A stretch of 64,000 nucleotides of DNA from Haliotis rubra (lineage: Eukaryota). The stretch spans positions 744,001 through 808,000 of the forward strand of contig NW_025767302.1 in assembly GCF_003918875.1 (NCBI RefSeq). Direction: 5' to 3'. Both the position numbers and the translations under genes were made by a program. Shown in pieces: positions 50,816-64,000 of the stretch (its first letter is position 1; the number at the start of each line of letters is the position of its first letter). The notes under the pieces were generated by a model, which was given only the letters and a program-made list of their open reading frames with translations, did not search any database and was not told where the DNA came from.

Positions 50816-52974
50816 CCATAATGTTCATGTTTCGAATTCTATACCAGATTTGTTACTCTGACAACCAAAGTATGATACTGTAAAACTATGCCGAAGAGGT
50901 TTCTCAAAACATTCATAGTTTCCTTTAATAGCTGATCTGACAGCTTGGTGAAGTGCCAGGGTGTTGATGTGTTCGCGCAACCATCTCTCACGCTCTCGGT
51001 CACTAAGTAAAAGGACTTCCACTTTACCTAAAGCTATCGTCCACCGATGACCTCTTTTCGCACCGTCATGCGTCACAAGGGCGATCTTTACGTGAGGGAG
51101 CTATACATCATTCTCAGCGTCTGTAGGGGACGGACATATACTGAACCGAGATACCATACACCAGTGAACGGTCGCCGACTGAACGTAGATTTAGGGTTCA
51201 TGAATATGTTTTTGGATATTTCTATAGCAAAGACTCTCCAAATAATTTACGACTATACGTACACATGTCCTCAACAATATGCATGATCCCTAACAAGTAT
51301 TGCGCCGTATGTTTCATCCTTTACTTCACCATGGTACAGACACCCTGAAATTGCTCAATTGTCTGGTTTCTTTGCGAGCTGTCGCTTGGCGGGTGTGCTG
51401 CTGTTAGTTGTCCTGCAAGAGACGCATTTTATATGCAAGTTGGTGGATGGCGGATGCTTGTAGGGCATTTGAAGGGCATTTTTCACCCAAACCAGAGACA
51501 AACATCCTTTAGATTTATCAGCGCTACATTGAATCTGATACGGAACAAGAAAATCTAAATCTAGTTCTGGTTCAGTCCACAGGTAACTTAACTATACACT
51601 GAAAGGACAGTGTTTATCTCCATTCTATCATGACAATTAAATGCAATCTCTTTGTAAGGGGAGATATGAGTGAACCGACATGGGTTGGGGTCAAGAGTGG
51701 GTTTTCGATCTGATTTAAGGAAAGGCCTGAAACACAGCCTTTCAACAAACGATGTTTACTGAACCTGGTTAACACCACCCATTCCTTACGCTGACGTTAT
51801 GACGTCATAGTCGGCAACAGACAGGTGTCCAATTTCAAGCTCTCCAAATGTATTCTTCTAGCCGATATCTATGGTACTATTTGTCAAGGAGTATGGCCAC
51901 ACATGACCTCTCAATTATAGCAACACTGCATTTTGTGATTTCACAATGCCTACGCATGGCGACCTGTCAACACAATGCAATTTCTGTTCATTACGTTGAT
52001 CCTGGTGAGACAGGGTGTATAACGAACAGCCAGTGGTACTGTTTTGAGAGTTTCAAAGCAGGAACTGGGTAATCGTGAAATCATTTCTCTATTGTTTACT
52101 GTTTAAGCTGAATTTCTTTCATTTGTTGTCACAAACTTTGCAAGAAAGTGTCTGGATCAGCTGCAAACAGGGCCATTTTTTCACATGCAATTCTCACTAG
52201 AGTACATTCCATTATTACAGAGACTTGTTTGGTTCCAAAACATAAAAATACGTTATCAAAAACACGCCAGGCACATCATGTCTCGTAATAATCAAGTTAT
52301 GGGCAAATAATTGATTACTGCACGTTTGTAAATTTCTCCTGTTTAGCGTTTTATGTAAGGCACTGGAGACCTATATATCTCCGATTTCCCATTTGCGATA
52401 TGACAGAAATAACAATATACTAACACAGAGATTACTATAAAACATTTGATTTTGATTTTATTATTCATATTATTTACACTATACAGTGAAATGTGTTACA
52501 GAAAAAAAACAATATAACAATATGTCATTTATCATCAACTGTGACATTCTGCAGGACATAACTCTGCAAAAAGAATTCAGCATCTTAGACTTGTTGCCTG
52601 TGCTCCTACCTGTAGCATAGGAAACATGTTACAAGACCACAAGAACATCATCTCAGCTGTACATCTGATATACAGTTTCAACAAAAGCATCAATTCATTA
52701 TTCAATGCTACAGTATCACAAGACAATGAATTGATAACTTAGCAATTAAGTTACAAATATTACAAGGTCTTCCTTAGTCAGTATCTCCTACATAGTTCCT
52801 TCTTCCCATATAATCATGTCCATTGTCGCGGTGATCCTGTTTCTCAGATACTGAAATAACAAGGCATGAGACAAGCATGATGCCAGGGACATATTCTGAT
52901 ATATATTCCACCCACCACATGAAACATGACATGATAAAGACCTACCTGGAATCTCAACAGCAAGAGCAACATAA

Positions 52975-53835
52975 CCTACACTGGGAAAAACAAGGACCTA
53001 TCCTGTTCTGGACCCACTCTCCAAAGGGAGGTAGAGCGATGACTACAGAACCATGTATTTTCGGTTTGAGGATCTACACGGTGATAAACAAGGGCCTATC
53101 CTACTCCCAGCACACTTTGAGGATGACTACTACACTCTTGGTTTGAGGATCTACACTGGAACTTAAAATAACAAATATAAACCAGATAAACAATTGGGCC
53201 TATCCTGTTCTGCACTCACCAAAGGGAGGTAAGCATGACTACACGGAACCTCTTGGTTTGAGCATATGCCAAGGAAACCACTCCCATCTCATGATAAAGT
53301 AAAATTATCTGCTCTTGAGTTAATGATCTACACTGAGATAAACAAGGGCCTATCCTGTTCTGGACTCACCAAAGGGAGGTAAGAGCATGACTTATGAGGA
53401 CCCCTCTTTGTTTGAGGATCTACACTGGGATAAACAAGGACCTATCCTGCTCTGTGACTCACCAAAGGGAGGTAAAGCTTTGTTTGAATCTTATGGGGCC
53501 CTCTTTGTTCTCCCAAAGGGAGGTAAGTATGATCTACCTCATTGTTTGAGGGATAACACTGGGATAAACAAGGACCTATCCTGTTCTCCAAATAGTTAGG
53601 TCAACACCAATGGTTTGAGATCTACACTGGTATAAACAATCTCCAACCTATCCTGTTCTGCACTCACAAAGTGAGGTAAAGGACTTTGTTTGAGGATCTA
53701 CACTGGGATCCTATCCTGTTCTGGACTCACCAAAGGGAGGTAAGGATAACTGGGGACCTCATTATTTGAGGATCTACACTGGGATAAACAAGGACCTATC
53801 CTGTTCTGCACTCACCAAAGGGAGGTAAGTGCGAC
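52975..53835. repeat. Degenerate ~75-bp tandem repeat in the probable TUBGCP4 3' UTR
   Basis: TTTGAGGATCTACACTGGGATAAACAAGGACCTATCCTGTTCTG.ACTCACCAAAGGGAGGTAAG repeated ~10 times; AATAAA on - strand near 52457-52462. Confidence 0.8.
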
Positions 53836-53837
53836 TA

Positions 53838-56800
53838 CTAAACCTTGGAATCTCTACATGGAGATAAGCCTGATATAAACTAAACTCAAAATGTGCAGAC
53901 AAAGAGGAAATACTATTCAAAAGGCCCTACAAGAAGATCAGGCAGCCCTTGCATTGTTCATTGCATCACAATCTTTTGAAGATAGTGGGATAGGAGAAAC
54001 GTGACATCCCTGTCACTGAGTGTGACAACATGTCTAAGGCATGTGTTAGTGAATTTCACAACTCGCCTTTTTAGTCATTGATTGTCCAACCAACTTGCCA
54101 ATTTGGAGAATAATCGTTATGAAATGAGCTTTCTTTTGAGCTGCAACATTTACATTATAATGGGAGAATGGTGTGCACTGGTTTACCTGCCCAACTGGCC
54201 TCCAGCTGTAGAGAAATATCTGTTGAAGTCGAGTCTCAGCAACAACTGGGCAAGATGGGGGCTGGCATTGTGACTCCGCACACTGGACAGTATCTTGAAT
54301 AACAAGCTGGACTGACGTTGAAAGTTCTGCAAGCAACATAACACACCATCAGTGTCAGCCTGTAATACACTCAGACATAAAGTAAACACTCCTCAGTTAA
54401 CATATCATCATGATCACAAAAGATATCTTGTATTGTGGAAGACTATTTGATGATATTCCACATACATAATATGGACAAAAATGGAAAATAACGATGCCTC
54501 ATGTGACAGTATACTGACTTTTAAAACAAAAAAATAAACCAAAAATAGTTTGTTGATAAACTATTTGTCAAAGCAAACTGCAACTCTTCAGTGATGCAAC
54601 AATGAAATGTAAGCAATCAAATACAATGACAGCAGTGCGAAAGTGCTGCAGAATATTCCCAGAGCAAGTTGATCAACTATTTGGTTCATGCCATGAACAT
54701 GCCAGAGGAGTTGCATCATCATGGGATGATTTCCCAGTTATCCATAACCCCTGCAGTGCAGAATAGCTGTAGAGTATTGTTTTCACTCTGACTGTTTTAG
54801 TATCTATCATGGAGATATCCTACATAATCAGGGTAAATCATGGCTATAAAAGCTGCTATTAGTTGATTCAAACTGGAAATCCCATGGAAAGTTGATTTGA
54901 AACATTGAAAACATAGAGGCCAGCTATTCCTAAATGTAAAGAATTTGGACTTTACGATCACAAGCATCTAAAACCTTACTGTACCTTTGCAATGGTCTGG
55001 AGCTGTGGAATAGTGTGTGTGATGTTGGCTGACTCCGCTTCATTCACAAGTCGGGAGAAGGTGGAGCACAGCTCCAGGATGTCAGACAGGCAGCTGGATA
55101 CCTGCAAAACCAGAGTGAGTGAGTGCATTAGTGTGAGAGAGTGGGTGAGAGTGAGTGTGAGAGTGAGTGTGAGTGTGAGAGTGAGTGTGAGAGTGAGTGT
55201 GAGAGTGAGTGTGAGAGTGAGTGCAAGTGTTAGAGTGAGATGGTTTAACCCTTTAAACAGTATTCCAGAACATGTCAGCTATCAGTTCAAACTGTGATTC
55301 GCATCAAAGATCACACGTTTCTGGACTGCCAAAGAACCAACTCTGCACAGGAGATAACAGGGGCGTAGGTGACAAGGTTACTTGAGCCATCATCTCCGCA
55401 TGGAGACGACTCTTACAAAAAGCATGGCATTATGATCAATTCTAAGTTGTTTGTTCTACACTGCAGTTAGCAATGTTTCCTTCATTGTAGTCTCACAAGC
55501 AAGCCTTCTATCTGGCTTGAGACCAGGCTTCTACTGATCAGTGTTAAGAGCAAATGCAGCGACATTGTAGCATGAACATAACTTACAGATTTCATGTGAA
55601 CAAAGCTCTGTGACAGTAGTGTGACTAGGAACTGCTCATGGGCCAACTTGACAGCTTCGAAATCTCCTGTTGAGTTGATCTTCTCCAGCAGAATGCCATA
55701 CTGAGACTCAATCACATCAACCTGTATAAGCCAAATGAATCAATTTACATTAGATGGACATTTTGACCAAGACTTCACATATAGCATAAATGATGTACTA
55801 GATGACTGTGCATTGTGCATAAGAATATTTACCCCTGAACCTGTATCAAACAAGAGCACATTAGACTAAAAAAGACAATGTTGATTACAGTTTCAGCCTT
55901 AAGTGCAAGGAAACTTATTGGAATAATTTCCTGAAACAATCAGAGGCTCAGCTTTGAATATTGCAGTCTGTTCTTGGTGACAGCTTTCTCGAACAACTGA
56001 CTGTAACAGTAGCAGGGCAATCTGCTGAAGTACCACTGACCACTATGTGCCCAACTCACCTGAAGGTAGTACTGTAGATTATCCACAAGGAACATCATGT
56101 GTGTCCTCAGCTGCCACTTGGGCGCTTCCTCTGTTCGGAGAGTCTTCTTCTTACGTTGCATTTGAAAAGTCCAACATGACTGCAGATCAGTCTGTGTTTT
56201 CTTTACTGCCAACAGGAACCGGAATATCCGGTTGTACCTAGAATTTTATTTGAATTTGACTCTGACATTGTTTCAACATTTTGACTGCATCGTGAGACAA
56301 TAAGCATGGTTTACCTTTAGCACTACTCAGCAAGTATCATTGCAGTAGAAACCAAGAATGGGTGACAAGCAGAATACCAATATACGGAACCTTACTTGTG
56401 TGGTTCTAGCATGTTGTGCAAGGGTGTGTGTTTGAGTGCGTGGTATTTATGTAGTGATCTTGATCATGTAATTCTCTTATCTGAGTGGTATTTACATGAT
56501 AACCATGTACTTTTAATACTTGGATCTTCTGCATTGTGGCCGTGTGCCTGTAGTACTTGGGTGCTCAACTTAATAAATGTGTAATTGTGTTGTACATGAT
56601 CAAGAAATGCACAAAGAACATACATAAAAGAAAGCATGCATTTACATTTGATTTGTTTAAATGTTTATCAAAGCAAGGTGTTCAGGAATGAAGAGGTTGA
56701 AGTTGCAGGTGTACTCACTTGTCCAGGATGTTGGGGGTAAAGAAGATGTGTAGAGGCCACTGGATGGTGCAGGTGAGACCCAGACACTTCCAGCCTGTCT

Positions 56801-59800
56801 CCGCTGTGCCACCTGAGGTTCCATCCTCCGCCAGACCACTCTCTGTAGATGAATCAGTCAGTCATGTGGGTTTAATGCTACATCAAACATTTCAGTGACA
56901 CAGACCAGTCATTCTCCAACTCACAATCACATGTAGGGAGACAAGCATTGTCACTAAGGTGACATAATCCCCCGACGCAAATTATCAAATCAAACTTAAA
57001 AAGTAATGAAAGATTAAGATGAAGTTAAATGTCAACAAAAAAATGACCAGTCAACCACTCTTGATATCTTGCTCTTTAGTTGTTCAAACACACAAATATT
57101 TTCAAGACTGACATTAGACATTGTCATGGATGTCATAGGGTATGAAATATGCAAAAATGGTACTAAAAAAATTGCTTATTGAAAAATATTCAAGGGAAGT
57201 CTTGAAAGTCTATGAAGAACATCCAGTGAATTCAGGTTAACATGCTGAAATCTTCAGTGTCGTAGTGACCTTGAAAATTATGTGAAGGTCACCAAAATTG
57301 ACTGGGCCCTCCGCCTTCATTAGATGAAGCTTGGTGTCAAAAAGGAAGAAAGTCCAGAGAATGGTACTTGAGATATCTCGCTGACCACCTTAACGTGCAG
57401 GTTAACACACTGAAATCTTCAAAGTGTCTTTGTGACCTTGAAAATTAAGTGAAGGTCACCCTGTCACTGGGCCCTGTGCCTTCCCTAGATAAAACTTGGT
57501 GTTGAATATGAAGAAATTCTAATGAACGGTTCTTGAGATATCTCGCTGACAAGGGTAAAACGTTAAAGTCCCCTTGTGACCTTGAGATTCAGGTCAAGGT
57601 CACAAAACATGACTGGGACCTTTCTTATACTGTGATGAACCTAAATACCAAATATGAAAAGAATCTAGTCAACGGTTCTTAAGATATTCCAATTCGTACG
57701 TACATACGAACGGACGGAGCCTAGTACTATATCCCCTGCTTCGAGCTAAACGTGCGGCGGGGATAAAAATGGGGATTAAACCCATGATCAGCAAAATATT
57801 GGCAGTACCCATAATGGTGATTGTTCAGTGCAATGATGGAAATAACATTATCTTCTTTTCAATACTGTACCATAAAAAAATCAATGAACGTTATTCTTGT
57901 TGCTTGTTCTTTAACACCTGGTTCTTTAAGTAGCTGTTACTATTACTCCTGCTACGTGATCCGACGATAATAGACAAAAATGTTATCATGGTTACAGACG
58001 TAGTGACATCACATGATATCACCAGTATCAGTTAACACATTAATAAAAGCTTGGCCTACTTTTCTCTGCAGCTTTAGATGTAACAGTCAGGTGGAAGTGT
58101 TGAAAGAAATTTTCATCTTCAAGAAGCACATTTCTCGCAGACTGCTGATACGCCATATTGACATCTGGAAATGGAAAGTGTTAACTGTACAGCATTAACC
58201 TGACAACTAATATTAATCTCCATTCTGAGGTGAGGTGAGGTGAGGTGAGGTGAGGTGAGGTGAGGTGAAATTGGGTTTAATGTCGTGCTTGAGAATATTT
58301 CGCTCATATGACGACGTGCATGCGTGTGTATGTGTATGTGCGGCTGCTTGTACTAGCCCAGACTTAAGCTGGTTTTATAGAGCTAGCCCACTGAGATACC
58401 ATACCATAGTGAAGCATGAATACCCCACTCAGACACATTATACTGACTACGAGCCGACCAGTCCTTGTTGTACCCATTAATGCCGGGCGCCAGGCAGGGA
58501 CCAACAAGTACCATATTTTAACGTCTTTTGGTATGGCGCGGTCGGGGATCGAACCCACGACCTTCCGCTCTCCGGGCGGATGCACATCACTGAGGCGGTC
58601 TCTCCATTCTGATGATGACAACGTGTAACGTCAATCAATCCAAGAAATGACTTGTGACAGTCACAGTGGAACGATGGAAACAAGGCCTGTGTATACTTTA
58701 CATGATTCATTTAATCTATTGTGTTGTTCGTGGAATTTGTCCTGGCAGTGTTGGCTGTTGAGAACTGACAGCCCTGATCGCACTTACGTGGCACATTAAT
58801 GGTGTTACTTTCAGGCCTAAACAAACACTCAACTGATTACGTTATATTGAGGAGCTGTAATGCTTACTGGTACTACATCGCCTGAAACTTCACAGTTAAC
58901 TTATCTGTATGTGTTTCTTATACTTTACACTAAATAATCTCAGCAACAGCAACATATCCGAGATAATTCTTTGTTTTTAATATCATTTTGATACCATTAT
59001 AGACTGACTGACTGACTGAGTATGGTTTTACGCCGTTTTTAGCAATATTCCAGCAATATCACGACGGGGGACACCAGAAATGGGCTTCACAAATTGTACC
59101 CATGTGGGGAATCGAACCCGGGCCTTCGACGTGACGAGCGAATGCTTTAACCACTAGGCTACCCCACTGCCCCGATACCATTATAGAAATTATCATAATC
59201 AAACAAATGTATCAGAAAAGTCAGTGTAATTGACGTATGTCAGGGTGGGGGGTCTGATGTCAGTGTCCTGGTTCCCACCATGCTCTGTTGTTCCGGTGGG
59301 CGGGGCCTTCAGTAGCTGCTGGGCCTGGTCTATGAAGGCCAGGTACAGCTCCCCTCGGCCCAATAGGTAGAAATCCTTCATGATGCGGATTTGGTTGATT
59401 AAACCAGACTCCTGGACTATCAACACCCATAAATGCTGGAAAATAACAAAAACATGACTTGGCAAATGATTGTGACAGTCAGTGAATGAGTGAGTTAGTG
59501 TGATTGAGTTGGTGAGACCTAGATGAGTGAGTACAAAAGATTTATTATTTGTGTATTACTGGACACCAAATAATAGTCAATGCAACTTCATATACACATT
59601 AACTAAAGCTTCACAAAAACATCATTGCATCATAAAGATGAGGAAATTAAAATGAAAGACTGAAAGCTCCTTGGATATCAACACGGCAAGAAAATGAATA
59701 AAAGTAATTTCAAGTACCCGTAAGTGATTTTGTTGGTGGTTTTGAAGTACACTGACCCTTGTCTTTACACCAGTGATGAAGTAGATATAGAGAAACTTAC

Positions 59801-62800
59801 AATAGGCTGCATATACACTCCTAATTTCTCGATAACAGGTTTTGATTTCATTAGAATTACAAACCACTTGAAAAATGAGCAAACCTGTATTTTTCATCCT
59901 TGTTAAATATTATCCGTCATCATTTGCAGTTAGGTTTGTGAAATTATTAACATTAATACTGTCACAATCTTGTGAATTCGTCATAGAATACTGATAACAA
60001 GACATTAACTCTACAGTTTGCAACAGTCAATTAGTGAAATACAATACATACATGTATGTACATGTGACCAGAGTGCATTTTAAGTTAAATCACAACATTT
60101 TTGCACAGAGGGCTTAAAATTACCAATAACATCAGTTTAGTCATGAAAGTGACCCGTGAAGGTCCGGGTTAGAATTGGCCTTCAGTAACCCATGCTTGTC
60201 GTAAGAGGCGACTAACGGGATTGGGTGGTCAGGCTCGCTGGCTTGGTTGACACATGTCATCGGTTCCCAATTGCGCAGATTGATGCTCATGATGTAGATC
60301 ACTGGATTGTGTGGTCCAGACTCGATTATTTACAGACGGCCGCCATGTAGCTGAAATATTGCTGAGTGCAGCGTAAAACTAAACTCACTCACTAGCCATG
60401 AAAGTGAGGCATCCATCCACATATTAAATGTGACACATCAAATCAGGATTTCCAAGTAATGACAAGTATTGTTTATATTCACATCGTGCTGGTTCATGTG
60501 AAACAGGAACTTTGTTTAACGCAGTACTCAGCAATTTGATAGCAGTCTTCAACGGCATATGACACATCAACCCAAGTCAGCAAGCCAGACTATCCGATCC
60601 CTTTATCTGTCTCTTACGACAAGCATGGGTTGTTGAAGACCAATTCTAATCCAGATCTTAATGATTTGAAAGAGGAAGTAATGCAATGAATGTCAGTCAG
60701 GAATTACTGTGTTAGTTGTGCGACACACGTACCTCAGCAACGTATGTCCTGATCTTTTCTATGAGACTTTCAAACTCCATACTGTTGAATAGAGACGGCT
60801 TAGAGAGCTCATGTAGAGCCCTGGCAAATTCCTGTTCTCGGTGTTTGAGTATTGACCCTGCAACATACAAAATCAGACTCAACTATGACAGGGAATTACT
60901 GGCTGTAATAAAATTGTAAAAATAAGGAAAACATTTTCAGGCAAAATTTTTAAGTGGTTTTAACTGGGATTGGAATTCCAGCCATATCACAACAGCATCC
61001 ACCAAGGCACTCGGACTTGTACCACGATGTGACATCAACTTGACACTAACACTCACACCAGAAGGCTATAAGATTATCTCACATGCTTTGAGTGATCGTG
61101 AATATTCATTTCAGTTTGTATTAAAAAATATATTTTCATTGTGTGATATATTAGGATTCAGATATTAGAAAATTACAGCTATGGCTTATAGATTATTAGA
61201 AGCCTAAGAAAACATGAACTAGACATACCATACAAAATGACAATACAAAATGACAAAAGTTATGTCTGTAATTAATAATGAAAATTTGTACAAATGATAA
61301 ACCATACTATCATGATGACCAGTGTCAATGAGGCAGTCTAGACTGCATTGTTAAACAACACTCACTCACTCACTGGATGATTATGATCGGAGTATAAGTA
61401 TCTGGGAACCTTCATTGACTCTAAGCTGAACTGGAACTCTAACACTGAAGCCCTATACAAAAAGTGTCAACAACGTCTTCATCTCATGCGTAAACTGAGA
61501 TCTTTTAATGTTAACCCATCTGTGATGTCATCTTTTTATGTAGCATTTATCAGAGTATTTTAACATTTTCCTTCCATTGTTGGTACGGGTCTCTCTCAGT
61601 TCATCTCAAATCTAAAATAGCCAAAATTGTAACACTGCAAGTAAAATCGCTGGAGTCAGATTTGAATGTTTATCATCAATATATGAGCAGCAAATCGTGA
61701 ATCAAGCTGTCAAAATCATATCTGACCGTACTCACTACTTAAATTCGGAATACAACCTCCTCCCTTCAGGCCGCCGCTACAAAGTTCCAATTGTGAAAAC
61801 TAAGAGAGCCCGTACATCCTTTATTCCAAGTACCATATCTCTCTTAAACAAATGTGAAGATACCTAAATCAAAGAATTTATGTAAATATGTTTGGTATCT
61901 CTCTAATGTGTCAGTAGCTCTGCTGATGTAACACAAATTCCTGAAAAGGCATTAAAGTATTATTCTATTCTTCTATTCTATCATCAGTCATTTCTCTTCC
62001 AACTTTTCAATCAGTTACTGCTCAAAAGCACTTCCTACCTATTTTCTGTGCTTGAGGTTTGTGTCTATCATTTTCGAACATTTGTACTGACTCCCCTACA
62101 AAGAGGATGTGGCTGGACACCCTGGCCGGGATGTAGGTGGGAAGCAGGTCCGCCTGCACCGTGAACTGACTGACTGAGGGAGTCTCACCAGCCACACTCG
62201 ACAGGTTCAGGAGGCGCTGTGGAATACAATCTTTGTTTCATGACAATAGTAACGTGTTATTTGCACACATCATATTTGTTTCCATGACAGCATTTTACAG
62301 GCTATCTGTACAGTCTCCATTTCCATGACAATATCTTTTTCGTACCAGGGTGGTGGGGTAGCCTAGTGGTTCAAGCGTTCGCTTGTCACACCGAAGACCC
62401 AGGTTCGATTCTCAACATGGGTACAATGTATGAAGCCCATTTCTGGAGTCCCATGCTGTGATATTGGTGGAATATTGCTAAAAGCGGCTTAAAACTTAAC
62501 TCGTTCACTCACTCACTCTTTCTTGTACCAAACACTTAGCACCATACTTTTGACTATCATTCCTGCTAATATTCTGCATAGAGTTTCAGCACCTACATGC
62601 AACTGCCTCCCAGTTACTCCCATGATGCCAAGCTCATCATCTTGTGTATCCTGCGTGTCTTCGTCCGTCTGCTCACCTCGTCCCCCGCCTGCCTTCTGTA
62701 TGAAGAACTCTCGGTATGGGTCGATCAGACTCCCGTGGAGCAGCCAAGCACACAGCTGCTTAAACATCACACCATGACAGACATGGAGTACCCTACAAAT

Positions 62801-63755
62801 ATACATACTCTCAATCAACAACACTGGACACCATTAGGGGAAGAAAGTATCAGCATCATGTGCTGAAGTCTGAGGTGACTTTTGTTTGCCACACTCAGCA
62901 ATATTCCTGTCATTATGTATTCTTGCTTTATGATGTCAGTCTGTACAAGATATTCCAATGATTGACATCATGAAAATTGATCTACTCAATTGAACAAACA
63001 TTTTTATTGACACATCTTGTGGGGGATGATGGGGGTCCTCGAGCTTTGAAACATAATGTGATGATAAAGAACAGTGCATGATTAATGAAAATATCACAAT
63101 AATTACCAATTTCCAAGTCAGAACTCCGTCGTCACTAACAAAACAATAAGCAACCCATGCTTGGCATAAGAAGCAACTAACAGGATCAAGTAATTTGCCT
63201 TGCACGACTTCCAAATTATTTAGATCTACACTAATAATGTCAGTCACAGGACTATTTGGTCCTGATTCAACAGATGTAACAGATTCATCTGTCAATTTCA
63301 GGTTCTATTGCAAGACATACAAACCAAGGGAGGCAACTCAAACAGAGCATTATCTACAAAGCTGATATTGAAAGCTCACCTATTCAGAGCTTCTTTCACA
63401 GATGGTAATCCACATATAGAGTTCTTGTGGATAATGTCCAGAATGTAACAACCATGAGCCTGTAATTAAACAAATCAGATATTTGTAAGCTTCTCCAAGA
63501 CCTTGTTTCAACTGGTAAAATAACATTTGTCCTTAACAAATCTAATCCATTATTTTTGAAAATAATGTTGTACTGTTATGAACAATATTTATGCTGAATC
63601 TTTGCAGCATTTAAAGATTTACGAAAAAAAAGAAATATAACTAACATGGACAGTAGAAATATTAGAAATAAAAATATAATACAACCAAAAATGATTACCT
63701 TATGTGATTTAATCTGTTCAATGACAGACGAAAGAGCAGGAAATAACAGTTGGTA
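53838..63755 (-). CDS. TUBGCP4: Gamma-tubulin complex component 4 (GCP4), 3' part; 5' exons lie beyond window end
   Basis: Exons (-): 63755-63699, 63459-63380, 62792-62597, 62216-62039, 60857-60733, 59435-59279, 58164-58060, 56842-56719, 56237-56060, 55721-55587, 55101-54985, 54326-54187, and a probable last exon 53853-53838. All in phase. Diagnostic GCP4 motifs: CHGVMFKQL.AW.LHG, KDFYLLGRGEL, QWPLHI.FTP, HM.FLVDNLQYYLQVDV.ESQ, RQSSLLFKILSSVR.H, LAQLLLRLDFNRYF. Confidence 0.96.
56940..57768 (+). mobile_element. Non-autonomous Helentron/HINE-like element with internal GTGACCTTGA..AGGTCAC repeats
   Basis: 5' ACAAGC..TAATCCCCCG; ~3 internal ~160-bp repeats containing a palindromic TGACCTT/AAGGTCA; ACGG microsatellite; 3' ATCCCC..GGGGAT hairpin followed by an A run. 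This layout is typical of molluscan non-autonomous rolling-circle elements. Confidence 0.65.
58229..58600 (-). mobile_element. tRNA-derived SINE, family C
   Basis: 12-bp TSD TCTCCATTCTGA; (CCTCA)n tail; small deletion in the A-box. Confidence 0.9.
59004..59173 (-). mobile_element. tRNA-derived SINE, family A
   Basis: 14-bp TSD GATACCATTATAGA. Confidence 0.9.
60153..60392 (+). mobile_element. SINE-like element, family B, full length
   Basis: 15-bp TSD TAG(T/C)CATGAAAGTGA; structured head; ACTCACTC tail. Confidence 0.92.
61375..61983 (+). mobile_element. Rex1/Babar-like LINE 3' fragment
   Basis: YKYLGTFIDSKLNW..N.....KK.QQRL..MRKLRSF, WYG, LPSGRRY....KT.R...SFIP..I.LLN; (TTCTA)n tail; one frameshift. 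Confidence 0.85.
62347..62518 (+). mobile_element. tRNA-derived SINE, family A
   Basis: Family A head, body and (ACTC)n tail. Confidence 0.85.
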
Positions 63756-64000
63756 CTGAAATGAAAACAGGACAACTTAAATGTTACAAAAATGAAGGAC
63801 AATCAATACTTTCTGACAGTATGAACAAGAGCTCCCAACCACAGCTACATACTTTCACTCAAGTTCAATAATTACCTATCTTTAGTCTCTTTTCATTCAC
63901 TCTGATGAGCTGTGTTGATGTGAGTCATAAATTCAAAGTGATGAGATGTCAATCATGACAATGCTTGAGACATTGTAGTAAATTATATTTAGAATGCTTG

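Noticed and set aside
62936-63295. 119-aa ORF within a TUBGCP4 intron
   Set aside because: Non-ATG start, no recognisable motif, and the GCP4 exons on either side join in phase without it.

Overview
Repeat-rich animal genomic DNA with spliceosomal GT-AG introns. The SINE/MITE content suggests a mollusc, probably a gastropod such as abalone; this is inference. Five intron-containing genes were reconstructed by hand with splice phases checked. (1,2) A head-to-head pair of DEG/ENaC (ASIC-like) channel paralogs: one complete (5 exons, 455 aa, 4267-13121 +) and one cut by the window edge (1-246 -). Both have QG instead of the HG gating motif, and the complete one has GAT instead of the GAS filter. 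(3) An ARM-TIR-SAM innate-immunity-type gene (16887-32415 -) whose central TIR exon(s) cannot be found, and whose exon-2 splice acceptor has been amplified into a 63-bp tandem array of potential in-frame micro-exons. (4) A secreted SOUL/heme-binding-family gene (37868-46637 -, 314 aa) with a long Gln-rich helical insertion. (5) The 3' part of TUBGCP4 (53838-63755 -). Introns and intergenic DNA hold Tc1/mariner elements, L2- and Rex1-like LINE fragments, a Helentron-type element, MITEs, many minisatellites and three main SINE families with a shared tail. One SINE family has a non-tRNA, pseudoknotted 5' head with a compensatory substitution, a candidate structured RNA or ribozyme. Two assembly gaps (N runs) are present. 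No CRISPR, rRNA or genuine tRNA genes were found.
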